In this document: positions 22,864 to 34,500 of the stretch, in pieces | How the letters are laid out: the number at the start of each line of letters is the position of its first letter | How positions within the stretch are numbered: position 1 is the stretch's first letter | Source: Minutocellus sp. GHC0000111 | Lineage: Eukaryota | DNA length: 64,000 bases | Assembly: GCA_977018835.1 (NCBI GenBank) | Contig: OZ361260.1 | Coordinates: 3,100,001 to 3,164,000, forward strand | Reading direction: 5' to 3' | Position numbers and translations under genes: made by a program | The notes under the pieces: model-generated | What the model was told of the DNA's origin: nothing | The model's input: the letters and a program-made list of their open reading frames with translations, nothing else | The model's database searches: none

Positions 22864-23251
22864 CTTGGCTTGGTATTAGAGAGGGGCAACGGTACCGGAT
22901 ACTCGAAAGTGCAGGAACCAGATGGTAGCGAGCGGAGCGGTGCGGTGTCGGCTCGTGCGATTTTGGAAGATGGGTGGACGGTGACGGAAAGACGATGTCA
23001 GACGAAATAAGACGAGAGTGCATGTTGGGGCTTTCTCGGCGGAGACGAGAGTTGTTTTGATCAAACTAAATGTACGAAGAAATGAATGCAATGTTGCGCA
23101 TGTGGTGCATGGTAGCCAGCTTCACCATTTCTGCCTCCAATTGCAGCAGATATGCCGGTGCCGGTAATGCTTCGCTCGCAACAACAACAGCAAAATCTCT
23201 CTTCATTTCAAGCAGCAAAAAAAACGTAAAATCGTAAAATAAATCATCTAC

Positions 23252-24085
23252 TCAACGCTCATCCAAACCTATCGGTGTGGCTGTTGCGACTGGTATCTTG
23301 GGATCATACGGAGGAGCCGACGGAGTCGGTATCGCAACTGCTTCTGTTGCTGATGGCACCGTCCCGCATTGCTTCTTCTGCTTCCGGCTATTGACACTTT
23401 GCTGGTTCACACCGCCATTTGTCATCATCTGTTCTTCGTCGCTAATATTATTATCAATCTCCGCATAGCTGTAATCTCTCCCACTATCGCAGCAGCATGC
23501 CAAGAAAAACGACAAAATTAGCATCCAAAGCAGTGACGTCAAAAAGACAAATCCCCAAAACACATCGGCATCGACCCAATTCCCGACGTGGTTTGGACAT
23601 TTTGCACCTGCACCGTGTCCATTGCTGCTATGTCCATTATAGGCGTCGTGTCCACCACTTCCACCCGTCATGCCATCATCGTGCACTTCGCCATCCAGTC
23701 GCCATCCAATGCCGATCCACAACCACAATACATACAAGACCAATGTCACCAGATAAGCCCCCACCCAGGCATCTTGACACAGCAACCACCCCAATCGACT
23801 GGAATAGGTACGTTGGGCAGCTAATCGTCGACTGCGTCGATTGGATATCATTGTCGCTATGTAGGCCATGGCGGATATGTGACATGCTGCAAATATCATT
23901 TCAATCGTGCAATACAAACTACCCTTGCAGGATGAGGCCGTCGAGAGGGATTGCAAACCCACAATGATGGGCGGGAGGTTGGTAAGGACGGTGGCGGGAA
24001 GGACGAGACATCCGAACGGGTTGGAGCATGTCGAGGATGGCGAGGAGAAGAGCGAGGATATCTTGCTGCAGAGCAGGGCGGCCAT
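23252..24085 (-). CDS. Hypothetical membrane protein, about 4 TM helices
   Basis: 277-aa ORF with four hydrophobic segments and a C-terminal PSAPPY motif. Confidence 0.7.
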   Translation of the reverse strand: MAALLCSKISSLFSSPSSTCSNPFGCLVLPATVLTNLPPIIVGLQSLSTASSCKGSLYCTIEMIFAACHISAMAYIATMISNRRSRRLAAQRTYSSRLGWLLCQDAWVGAYLVTLVLYVLWLWIGIGWRLDGEVHDDGMTGGSGGHDAYNGHSSNGHGAGAKCPNHVGNWVDADVFWGFVFLTSLLWMLILSFFLACCCDSGRDYSYAEIDNNISDEEQMMTNGGVNQQSVNSRKQKKQCGTVPSATEAVAIPTPSAPPYDPKIPVATATPIGLDER

Positions 24086-24968
24086 GGTGCTGAATATTTA
24101 GTAGAACAAGTACAAGTACAAGTAGGAATTCCTAATCGAAAGGGAGCGGATTGGTGATGGAACGGAAGGAGTCCGTCGGGCCGGTAAGTCAAATCAGTAA
24201 GAACTTAGTTACGTTCGCAGCCAAGCAAATCGAAAAATAAATATGCAATTGTTAATTAATGGGAGGTGGCTGACTGGCTGGGTTGGAGTCGATTCAGGCG
24301 TACGTGTAGTCGCCGTGGCTGCTCTTTCACCTTGCTCTGCTGTGCTCGCTTTGCCTTCGTTTGGTTGATTTGCTTGCTTGCGCATGCGGTTGTTGCCGAA
24401 CGCTTTCTCTTTGATGGCAGTTTGATCTCATAGAAATATTTTCATCCGACGCCTGTCCGGATGAGTCGACGTGTCGCACAGTCCTCATCGGCCAGTTTGT
24501 CTTTGCTTCTCGCGTGACGACGACCCAAACTTCCGAGAGGAAGAAAGCAGTAGTAGCGACGCTCAGGAGTAAGCAAGCAAAGGAGGAAGGAAGGTGGGTC
24601 GACCGGCATTCCGGCCATCCGCCCACTGCTATTGTACCTACCTCTGCTTCGCTCGATGTTATTGGCTCGCCACCAGTTGAAAGCGAGTCAGTCGAATTTG
24701 GAGCCCATCCAGTCCGGAGCCGTCATCGCGTCGGTCGTATCTTGTTCTGCTTGTTCTGCCCTGTTGTGCCTCGCGTTATTGCCTTTGCTTTCTTCCGTCG
24801 GATATTACACAATAGACAAGGAAGGAAGGAAGCACCAGGAGGGCAAGGCAGACCGACCATCCGCGCACAGCATAGTGCAGCATCTTGCGAAAGCAGCGCT
24901 GTTGTGCAGCAGCAGCAGCAGCAGTTACATGCAAAGGCAGCTGCACGTGCAGATCAATAGATAAATAG

Positions 24969-26033
24969 ATGGAAGGCGACCTCGGTGCCGGCGGTTTCTG
25001 TTCTTCTTCCTCCTCTCCCCCCACCCCCGCTCCTCCATCTGCATCCGCTTCCGCGTTAAAAATGCCGGCAGCGGAAGAGGCCGCTGAAAGCATTGCCAGC
25101 GCCAATAACAACAGCCTTTGGGGGTCGCTGTTGGAACGGTCCAGCACGGCCCCTCCCGTTTCGGTTTCGATGCCGACTGAATTCGAGGCGTGGGGAACAA
25201 CTTCTGCGGCAGCTACAGCTGCAGACACCGGCCCGGACCATGCCGGCGGTGGCGGTGGAGGCGGCGGTGCTTCCATGATGACGTCGGCCGCTTCTGGCGG
25301 TCATGGCGGCAGCAGCACTGGAAGTTTGCTCCTCGGCGGTGGAGGTGGCACTGGCGCCATAATTCCCCCCCGCCGACCGAAAACGACCGAGCCCAGCCTG
25401 CACTTCATCGACGAGCACAGCGGCGCCGGTGGCGGTGCAAGTGTAGCCGGAAGTCCCTCCCGTGCAGCTGGCGGTGGTAGTGGTGGCATGAATTTGAATC
25501 GCCTCCCGCCAGGTCTGGGAGGGGGCATAGCATTGGCATGACGGCGGCGTCCTCGAGCAGCAGCGGCAATCTGGCCACGGCGGGTGCTGCAGGTGCTGCT
25601 ACGGACACCAACAGCGACAACAACAACGCCGCGGCTTTGGAAAGACAATTTCTGTTCGAGGCCGGCAGCGGCATCCGTCGGCCGGCCTCCACCGGCATTG
25701 TTTTGGGTGGAGGAAGTGCAGGCAATCACGACAGCCTCACGCTGTCGGGCGCAGGGGTGGCGTCGGCGGAAGTGCTCAAGAGTTTGGGGTTGGAGACACC
25801 GGGACACACCTCGTCGGCCAGCAACAACCACGGCATTGGCATGGGTTGGCATGGGTGGTGGCAATAGTGGTGTTGGGAATTCTGCTTCTGCTTCTCAGGA
25901 TCAAGCCGCTACCGGTAGCAATCTCGGTGGCGAAGGCAGCACCCGGCGGTCGTCTCTCGGCACTGCTGCTGGCGGTGTTGGTGTTGGTGGGCGTGGTGCG
26001 CCTTCCAGCGAGTCGGGAAGTGCCCTAAGGTGA
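24969..26033 (+). pseudogene. Frameshifted, apparently 3'-truncated Gly/Ser-rich gene (possibly the N-terminus of an RNA-binding protein)
   Basis: Three consecutive ORFs join after removing insertions at 25525-33 and 25837-56. RSSTAPP and RRPAST motifs; no C-terminal domain follows. Confidence 0.55.
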
Positions 26034-26313
26034 TGCGCGCTCTCAAGTACTTTGAGTGGTCCCGGCAAGTGTGCTGAGGTACTTTGAGGGGTGGTCCCGT
26101 GCACATTGAGTGCATTTTGAGTAGAACAAACTAAATCTACCGTTTTTGCCACTGTGATTTTGCCGCACTGGCTCTACGGTGGTTTTGACATGAGATTTTT
26201 GCTCAAGCCCAAACAGCACGTGCTTTCACCGCGTTGTGCGTGATTTTGCTTGCTTCGCGAGCTTGTGCTTTTTTTGTTCCGCCGAACTTGCACGTGAAAA
26301 AGCGTTCGTCACC

Positions 26314-27138
26314 ATGGAGCTCGACCCTCCTCCTCCTCCTCCCGAGGAGCCACCGCCACCGCCGCCCGTCGTTGGCATGTCTTCGGAAGATCGCTTTGCC
26401 GCCCTTGATGCGCCGGTCCATCTTCCCGACTTTCCTGGCCAGCCGTTCTCCGTCAGCATCAAGGGCATTTTCTTCCGCCATGCCGACGGCAGCACTGCTA
26501 CATGCATCGGCCCGTCCGACAAGGCTTGTCCGCCCAGACTCCTCGCAAACTTTTGCAAAAGAAATTGTCAGGGGTTTGCTACAAAAAACTTCCCTTGGTC
26601 AAAGCTCGCTGCGCAGCTCGAAGTTCGTCGCCGTTTCATCGCAAACGCAGTGCTTGCCAACCCATTACTTATCCGCAATCACATCCGCCCCGGCAGCAAA
26701 TGCAGCATGTGTGTGTGCTCCCAGTGCAACGCCTTTGCCGACATCGACCACAAGTCCAACCTCACCGACAGCAAGCGCCACAGGAATTGCACCGGTGGCA
26801 CCATCCTTCGTGTCACGGTGGTCAAGTACCGATGCGGCCGCCCACTTCTCAAAAGTTCCCTCCCGGCAGCAGCACCGTCGATGCTTGCCAGTCCCGCCGC
26901 CGGTAGATCTGCTGCTACTGGCACAGCCGACCGCACCGTCCTCGTCCCTACCACCGGCACTACCGCCGCCGCTCGTCCAGCTCATCCTCAGCAGAACATG
27001 AATGTGCAAATGGCCGACGGTGCCACTACCTCTACCGGTGCCGTCGACATGACCACCGACGAATGCTGGTGCTCCCCTCCCGGTCTTGTGGCCATCACGA
27101 ATGGAGAATCTCAATCTTGGAAGATCATTTTGCTCTGA
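26314..27138 (+). CDS. Cys-rich hypothetical ORF, possibly transposon-derived
   Basis: ATG 26314, poly-Pro N-terminus, CSMCVCSQC...H..C cluster; lies in a compositionally distinct block that interrupts the upstream gene. Confidence 0.4.
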   Translation: MELDPPPPPPEEPPPPPPVVGMSSEDRFAALDAPVHLPDFPGQPFSVSIKGIFFRHADGSTATCIGPSDKACPPRLLANFCKRNCQGFATKNFPWSKLAAQLEVRRRFIANAVLANPLLIRNHIRPGSKCSMCVCSQCNAFADIDHKSNLTDSKRHRNCTGGTILRVTVVKYRCGRPLLKSSLPAAAPSMLASPAAGRSAATGTADRTVLVPTTGTTAAARPAHPQQNMNVQMADGATTSTGAVDMTTDECWCSPPGLVAITNGESQSWKIILL

Positions 27139-27482
27139 CGACTGACTCGATCGACTGCCCGTCGTTGCGCTGGTCCGCCCTTGCCTTGGGCCGGAACGAA
27201 TCAAAAGCATTCAAGGCAGAATTAACGACGTATAATATACATGTAGGAATGTAAAGCATTGTCCACTTTGTGAATACAGTGACATGCACATTCGTATCGT
27301 TAGCTTGATCATCACATTTCACAAAAACTCACGAGAAGGACTCTCTGAGACACATTTTTTAAAATACATGTAAAATTATCACTTCAGATCAGTTTGATCC
27401 TATGTACATTATGTATTATGTATTTCCTTTACTTGTGGCCTCCGTAAAAGGAGCTCTAGCTATGAATAGCTGCTACCGGTAG

Positions 27483-30400
27483 CTAGGGCTGGAGCTTTTC
27501 AACACGAACTCGTCGTCCTGCTACTGTATTTGTCCTCCTTCCTCGAGCTGCCGCGGCCGCGGCTGCTGCCGATGCTCTTGCCGGTGAACTTTGGCCGAGC
27601 CGCCTGCCTTTCCATTGTGCCCTCCCTCTCTTTTCTCGGACATTGCATCTCCACTCCTCTGGTAGATCAGAGAACTTGATAACAGTCATCTTGTCCCGGT
27701 CTACGACGTCATCGAGAAGGTTGTAATACAAGTGCTCGGGAGCAGCGTTCTGGAGTTGCTTGAGAACCAATTCTCCAACGCATCCGTCTCGACGGCACTG
27801 CAAAAGTACCGGTTCGACGATGCGCTGCCAACGCTCGTCATCGGTTGACATTAGGTTGGAGCATGCCTTGAGGAACATGCCATAGGTGATGTGATTGGGC
27901 GAGCCGTAGTGCGATTCTTGCAGCTCCTCAAGAGTGAAGATGGCAACATCCAAAGCCTTGCGCTTGGATAGGTCGTTCTCGACGAAAGAAAATGCGCACG
28001 TGTTCAGGACACTTGTATATGTCATTTCGTTTGGCCTCGCATATTTGTAGCCGCCCTGATACAACTTGTCCATTCGTCGTAGAACACGAAGAGCCTTTTC
28101 TGCCTTGCCCTCTCTTTCGCTCTTGGATATGGCATTGATGAGGGTGTTGAAACTGCAATGGTCTGGCTTGACGTCGGAATCGCCAGATTCGTACCGTTCC
28201 CACATTTTGTTGACCAACTCTTCGGCCTTCCAGTAGGCACATTTCGTCCCGCTTCGGGCCCAGGCAGATAGGACCGCGTTGTAACTATTGGCTGTTGGCT
28301 TGGCGTTTTCGTCACCGGCGGCATACAGGTCCTCCATGCGGTGCAAAAGCTGCTCGGCGCGTCGAGCGCCAAGAGTGCCTTCTCCTGACTTGGCCCAGGC
28401 ATCGATTGCTGAATTGAAGGAAATCTGCACGATGGGATTGTAAATAGAGAATATGCATTGAAGAATGGAGATGAAGAAAAAATTGAGTGAATGTTGAGAA
28501 AGGGGGGGGGGGAATCAAATGCAACTCAAAACTACTCACGCTATTCGGTTTGAGATGGGGCTGGCCATTCTGAGAAAGTTGTTCCATTCTCTCCAAGGTT
28601 TGTTCCGCTCTCTTTCCAGCTCCCTGCTTCCCACTTCGAGACCATGCTGAGATTACCGATGAGTATGAATATACATCTGGCTGTACATCGGGGAATCCAC
28701 TGGCGGTGGCCTTCTCCATCAGACCAAGAAGCTCTTCGGCACGAACGGCGGCCTCGGGTGCCGAACTTCGAGAAAGAGCGAGGATGACAGTGTTGAAACT
28801 GAACTTGTCCGGATGAATGTCCGTCTTTCCCTCTCTTTGCAGAAGAATAAGTCTTCTCAATGTGGAATAGGCCTTCTCGGCGCTGTAGGAAACATCGGCC
28901 TTGGACCAGGCCTCAATGCAGCTGTTCCAGGTGAATAGATTGGGAGATAATTGATCATTGCCTTCCTCGGCGTACTTTTCCATTCGGTTGAGAACGGCTT
29001 CAGCGCGCTGTGCCATCTCGGCTTTGCCGGCATTAGCAAAGGTGTGAATCAGTGTGTTGAATGATATTCGATCAGGGCGGACATTGCCATTGCCTGCCTT
29101 GTGTAGCTTCTCCATTCGCTTGACCAATGCCTCGGCCCTTTCCGGGGCATTGTTGTCATTGCTTCTCGCCCAGCACTTGAGACAGCTGTTGAATGTAATA
29201 GTGTTGGGGACAATACCAGCAGCCTCCATCCGATTCAATATATTTTCAGCTCGGGTGGCACCATATCCTTTTCTTCCGGTCCTAGCCATGGCGCTGATTG
29301 TGGTGGAATAGCTAACAACGTCGGGACGGATGAACTCGTTAGACGTTTCCTCGAATCGCTGTTCCATCTCCATCAATATCCTCTCGGCACTATCAAAGAC
29401 ACCGCCACGGCGTCCCTGTCGGATGTATGCATTGAGGAGGATGTTGTAACAGAATTTATTCGGGGCGATATTTCGGCTTGCTTGGCACTGGCCCTGGTCA
29501 TTGTCCAGCACAGATGCCGATTCCAAGCGACGAAATATCTCTTCCGCTTTACGACCAGCATCCATGTGCCGGCTCTTGGCATACGCATCCATGGCAAGCG
29601 AATAGGCCACAGTACCAGGCATCGCATCGTGGTTTTTGCCGGACTTGGCCAAATCTTCCATCCAAAGGAGAAGCTTTTCAGCTTCTTTTGCTGCAGTGGC
29701 TCGGTCTCTGGCCGACGACGGAGTCGAGGCATAACTTGCCGCACGAGTGAAGGCTCCCAACGCGTCGAGAAAGGAACGAGAGGTAGGTCGAAGATCTTCG
29801 TTGCCACTGACCTCATAGGCTGCCTGGAGTGACCGAACAATTTCGCCGGCCCTCTTTGCCGCGGCGAGGGTTTGCGAGGTACCACGGCCAGCTGACCCAG
29901 TTGGCGGCATGTCACGTTGTTCCTCGGTGCCGCGACTTTTATCTACCTTCTTTTCTACTACTCCCGCGGCAGCTGCCCAAGCCTCAATCGCCATATTGTA
30001 CAAATCTACCGTCACAACGACGTCGGTATTGCCTGCCTCCTGCTCATCAATGATGCGCTTGAGCAATCCCTCAATGATGAGGGCAGGTGTCAATCTGTTT
30101 GTGTTGTCCACCGACTGTTGTTGACCCTGCTGCTCCAACTGCTTTTGTTGCGTGGCCAACAGTTCCAGCACCCGATCAAAAGTGCCGTCCTTGACCACTC
30201 TGGACCACGCCAGCATCATAGACGAAAGTTCGTGCCACTTGCCCTTGACGAGGGATCCTGGTGGGAATAGTTCTCCGTCGAGAAGGTTCTTCGTCGCCCG
30301 TCGCAGCCAAGTGTATCGCTCGGCAATAGCCCGATCGGATTCCGCCGTGTTCATTTTGGTCGATTGCTCGTTGGCAGCCTGCCGATTCCTTCTATTCTTC

Positions 30401-30693
30401 TTTTTGCCATTGTTCCCTGCCCCGCCCTTCTTTCGACGATTCCGCGCCTTGTTATTGCTAGACCGATCCTTGAAGCTTCCAAAACCACGTGGCGGCAGAG
30501 ACGACGACGTCGGACCATCGTCTGCGCCTGCGTTGTTGCCATTATCCGCAAACGAAAGTGGTGCGAGGCGTGCCGGTGGTCGAATCAGTCTCGGCGATAT
30601 GTTGTGCTTGTATTGAAAGGCCATTGTGGTCGTGTGCGTCGAGCATAGAACGACTGCTGCTGTTGCTGCTGCAATGGCCAGAGCAGCTGACAT
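27483..30693 (-). CDS. Plastid-targeted pentatricopeptide repeat (PPR) protein (intron 28425-28539)
   Basis: Many ~35-45-aa repeats (PDVVSYSTTISAMA, PNTITFNSCLKCWA, PDRISFNTLIHTFA). Signal peptide ending TMA-F; gtgagt...tgcag intron joins the two ORFs. Start could be an upstream ATG. Confidence 0.92.
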
Positions 30694-31591
30694 GTTCTTT
30701 GGCGGCGGCGACCGCCGAATTCTCGACGGCGGAGACCGACACATGATGTGCTGGTTTTTATGTGTGAGCGCCAAGGTAGGCCGACGATATCAACACTTGG
30801 CTTGGGAGAGAATTTAACCAGTCGAACAGATTAATTCAGTGTTTCTCAGCAGCGAATCTCTGACTCCTTGGCTTCTTCGATTCTCGGTAATATTTATTTT
30901 TTCTTTCTCTTTGTTCGGCGGCGAAGTTGAAGTGTACGACTCGAATGACGCGAGAATGATGAGGCCAAGATGCTAGCTAATGCTCAGCGCCAGGACTCTA
31001 GTCTATATACAGATCTGGTACGTAGCTCGATGCAAAGCTGCTACAAGTCTTTGCGTGCTCCTTCCACCTTTGGAGTTGCATATCTTTGGCGGCGGAACAT
31101 CTGAGCTGGTTGCTTGACTTCATTTCCCGCCGAAGAACAGCTGTCCGCTTTCGGCGTGCGTGTACGTGTCCGCGTGTCCGCAGCCTTGACAGCTGCAAGG
31201 AAACTCTGGTATTTTGTACTTCTATTTTGAGGTGATGTATTTATGACGGCACCGAAACTATTTGAGAGCTGCGCGGTCCGCCAGCCAAAGAAAGCATGGC
31301 GCACTGCTACTGCGCAAATTGGATGTTATTATTACAGCGTAGCTAAGAATTGCTGCCACGAGCACGGATTGGATTTGCTGAGCGCCAGCTCCTTTATTTG
31401 CTTGGCATTGCTCTGTTTTGTGTGGCTCCTTGATAAATTGCGCTGCCTTTTCATCGCCTCGCCTCTCGCATTCCAAGGGTGGTTCTTTTTTTTTGTCGAG
31501 TGCCTGACACAAGCATTGGCATTCGCATTCGGGCCCTTTGCCGCACTACTAGTGCTGCCTGTGTTGCACCTTGGCTGCTCTAACTTACACC

Positions 31592-34500
31592 ATGAGGAAT
31601 CTACCTTTGGCGCAGCCGCTACTCCTTGCTTCATCGTTTGCTGCGGTGTCCGCCGCTGCCGGCGCACCAAAGCACGATGCATCGGTCGCCAACCTCGTCG
31701 AATATTTCACCACCGAAATGGGGGTGTTTTACAGTCCCAAGCAGCAGATTCGGTACGAGAACGGGATGATGGGAGTCTTTGCCACCGAGCGCATCGAAGA
31801 GGGAGAGCTGTTGTGTTCCGTCCCCTGGAACGCCACCATCAACGCCGGACGGAGGATCAGAAACCCACCGCATTTGGTATGTGATACGGTCCGCAACTTG
31901 GCCAAGGAGATGAGGCTCGGTGAGAAGTCCAAGTATGGCCCGTACGTGCAGTACCTGCTCGATCAGCGTGTCGGACAGCTGCCCAGTGCCTGGTCACAGC
32001 CGGCCAAGGACCTGCTCCGACGGGTGTTGGATGGTGATGGAGAGGGCAATGGTGGCCTCCCCCCCGTGGAAGCGACAACCCTCCTGGACGTGGACTGGCA
32101 TCTCGAATGCGATGGAGCCGATGATCCCATGGAAAACAATGCTGCCATGCTCGTCATTCAAAGGGCCGAAGACGATCTAATGGTTCCGGTTTACGATTTC
32201 TACAACCAGTGAGTGTGCATTTCTCAAAAACAATACAACATGGGAGGCCCCATTGATTGCCTAATCGTTTTGTGAATAATCTCTAACCACTTTTTCTGTA
32301 TCACTCACTCCATCAGTCGAAATGGCGACTACCTCAACACAGCCAACCATCGCCGCAGTATGAAGAGCTTCGATGTTACCGCCGGCAAAACCATTGAGGC
32401 TGGCGAACAGATCTACATTAGCTATAACATGTGCACGAATTGTGGTGGTCGGGCGGATGTCTTTGGCACGCCGGGTAAGTTCAGTTCTGTGAAAGGCATG
32501 CGTTTGAATCTACTTTGAGGTAATTCACGAAATTAATTCTCAACACAATTTTCTGTCTCCTTCTCTCTCCTGACATACATTCAGACATGTTTCGCGACTA
32601 TGGCTTTGTGGAGGCCATGCCACAGAGGTGGTTCTTCTTTGATTATGGATTTGCTTTTGATTTGCAGGAGAAAGAGCCTTGATCGGAGGATGGTGAACTT
32701 GAATTGTCATACGTCAAAGGCGGTAGACCCAAAAATCAATTCAAGCGAGGATGGGCCCTCAGTGAATTTCGTCGGCAGATTATGCGTCTAAAGAAGCTGA
32801 AGAAGATGGAGGAAATGAAAAGAGGAGCAGCGCCAGCTTCGTCGTCCGAGACAGATATTTCTGAGTATGAGTGGAATGCAATTTGGCAATACTCCGATGC
32901 CCTGGTCAATGCCCTGCAGCATGTCATTTGGGAAGAGGAAGGGTTTGATGATGGCGATGATGCGGAAGGATCTGCCTTGAATCTGTACGAACCCTTGGAT
33001 GAAATTGAATCTGATTTCAGCTTTTACAAGGTTTCGCCCATCAAATATACTGCAACATGCGATAACGCGGAAATGTTGCAAATGGATGGCTGGAAAACTC
33101 TCGAGGAACCCAAATCTCTCTACCAGGAAGTGCTTTTCTTTGACATTCCCGATGGCGATGTTTGCCTGGAGATCGATCTTACCATTCAGACATGTGCCAA
33201 GTACAGACCACATTATCACGAACTGGTCGTTGACATTCCTGCTCGATACATCGACACGGTTCGCCGAGTGCTCTTCGTCGGAGGCGGTGATTCCATGATC
33301 CTTGCCGAGGCCTTCAAATATCCGTCGCTCGAGCTTGTCGTTGGGCTCGAGCTCGATCAGGTGATCGTAAGGAACTCGTTCAAATACTTCCATACGCAGC
33401 CTCATTTTGAGGATAAGCGAGTCCAATGGTGGTTCGGAGATGCCGTCAAGAGCCTGAAATTGTTGCCCGCTGAGTACTTTGGTTCTTTTGACCTCGTCCT
33501 CGTCGACTTGTCGGAGACCGTTGCGTCCCTGAGTGTATCGGATCATTTGGACATGCTTCAGGCTTTGACTTTGCTCCTTCGTCCAGAGGGCGTCATGATC
33601 AAGAACGAATGGACCTACCTGGATAAGATGTCCACCCTTTTCAAGTACACGGCACGGCTCAATATGCAGGACGTTCCCATCATGTGTGACCAGGCTCTTA
33701 CAATGGGCAGTCAAACTGTAGACTTCCTCAACCATCAGCCTGTCGAGCACGATATTAAGAGACGTTTGCTTGGACCGCAGGTGGATATCGAAGATAGATT
33801 TCATATGTTCCATGACTACCAGGACAATGTCGTCGAAAATGGCACCTGTGGTCCCCTTGATGAATCTTCGAGCAACACAGAAGGAGATAGTGGCGCTGGT
33901 GTACTTATGGTACTCAATGCGGAGGACACTTCGGTTCCCCTGTTGCCATTCGATAGCGTTGAAAGCTCGATTGGAGAGGCTCTGAAGGAACTCGGTTTTG
34001 AGGTATTATCATCTTCTCTTTCTGAATCGGCCGCTACTCTCATCCTACAAGAGGGCTATGTTACAGTACGGACCTGGCCGGAACAAAATTATGCTGCCTT
34101 TGACATTCATCTTTGGGGTGCTTTTGCAAAGCATGAGCTCATTCGAGACGCTCTGCTGAAGGTCGTCGGTAGTGCAGATGGATCCTGGTCGTCCTATCGC
34201 GTCGTAGGTGGAGGCATGCTCGGTTCTTCCACCTGGAATGAAGATCGTAAGACGATCGGCCCTCTTTCTGCCCACGCAGAATCATGTAGTGCCGGCTCAC
34301 TCGCATCCAACGATGAGAAGATCAAGAACACTTCGAGCAAAGAAGGTTCGGCAAAGGCTGCTCTTTCTGAAGTTGTGAGCACTATTCAGAGTGAAGATGG
34401 ATCGGCCGTCGTCGCCATTTGCGGAGCCAAGGGGGGGAAGTGTCTCGCCCAAGATGTTCTCTCGCGTGAGTTCGAAGGAGACTCTACTAGGCTCGTTTCA

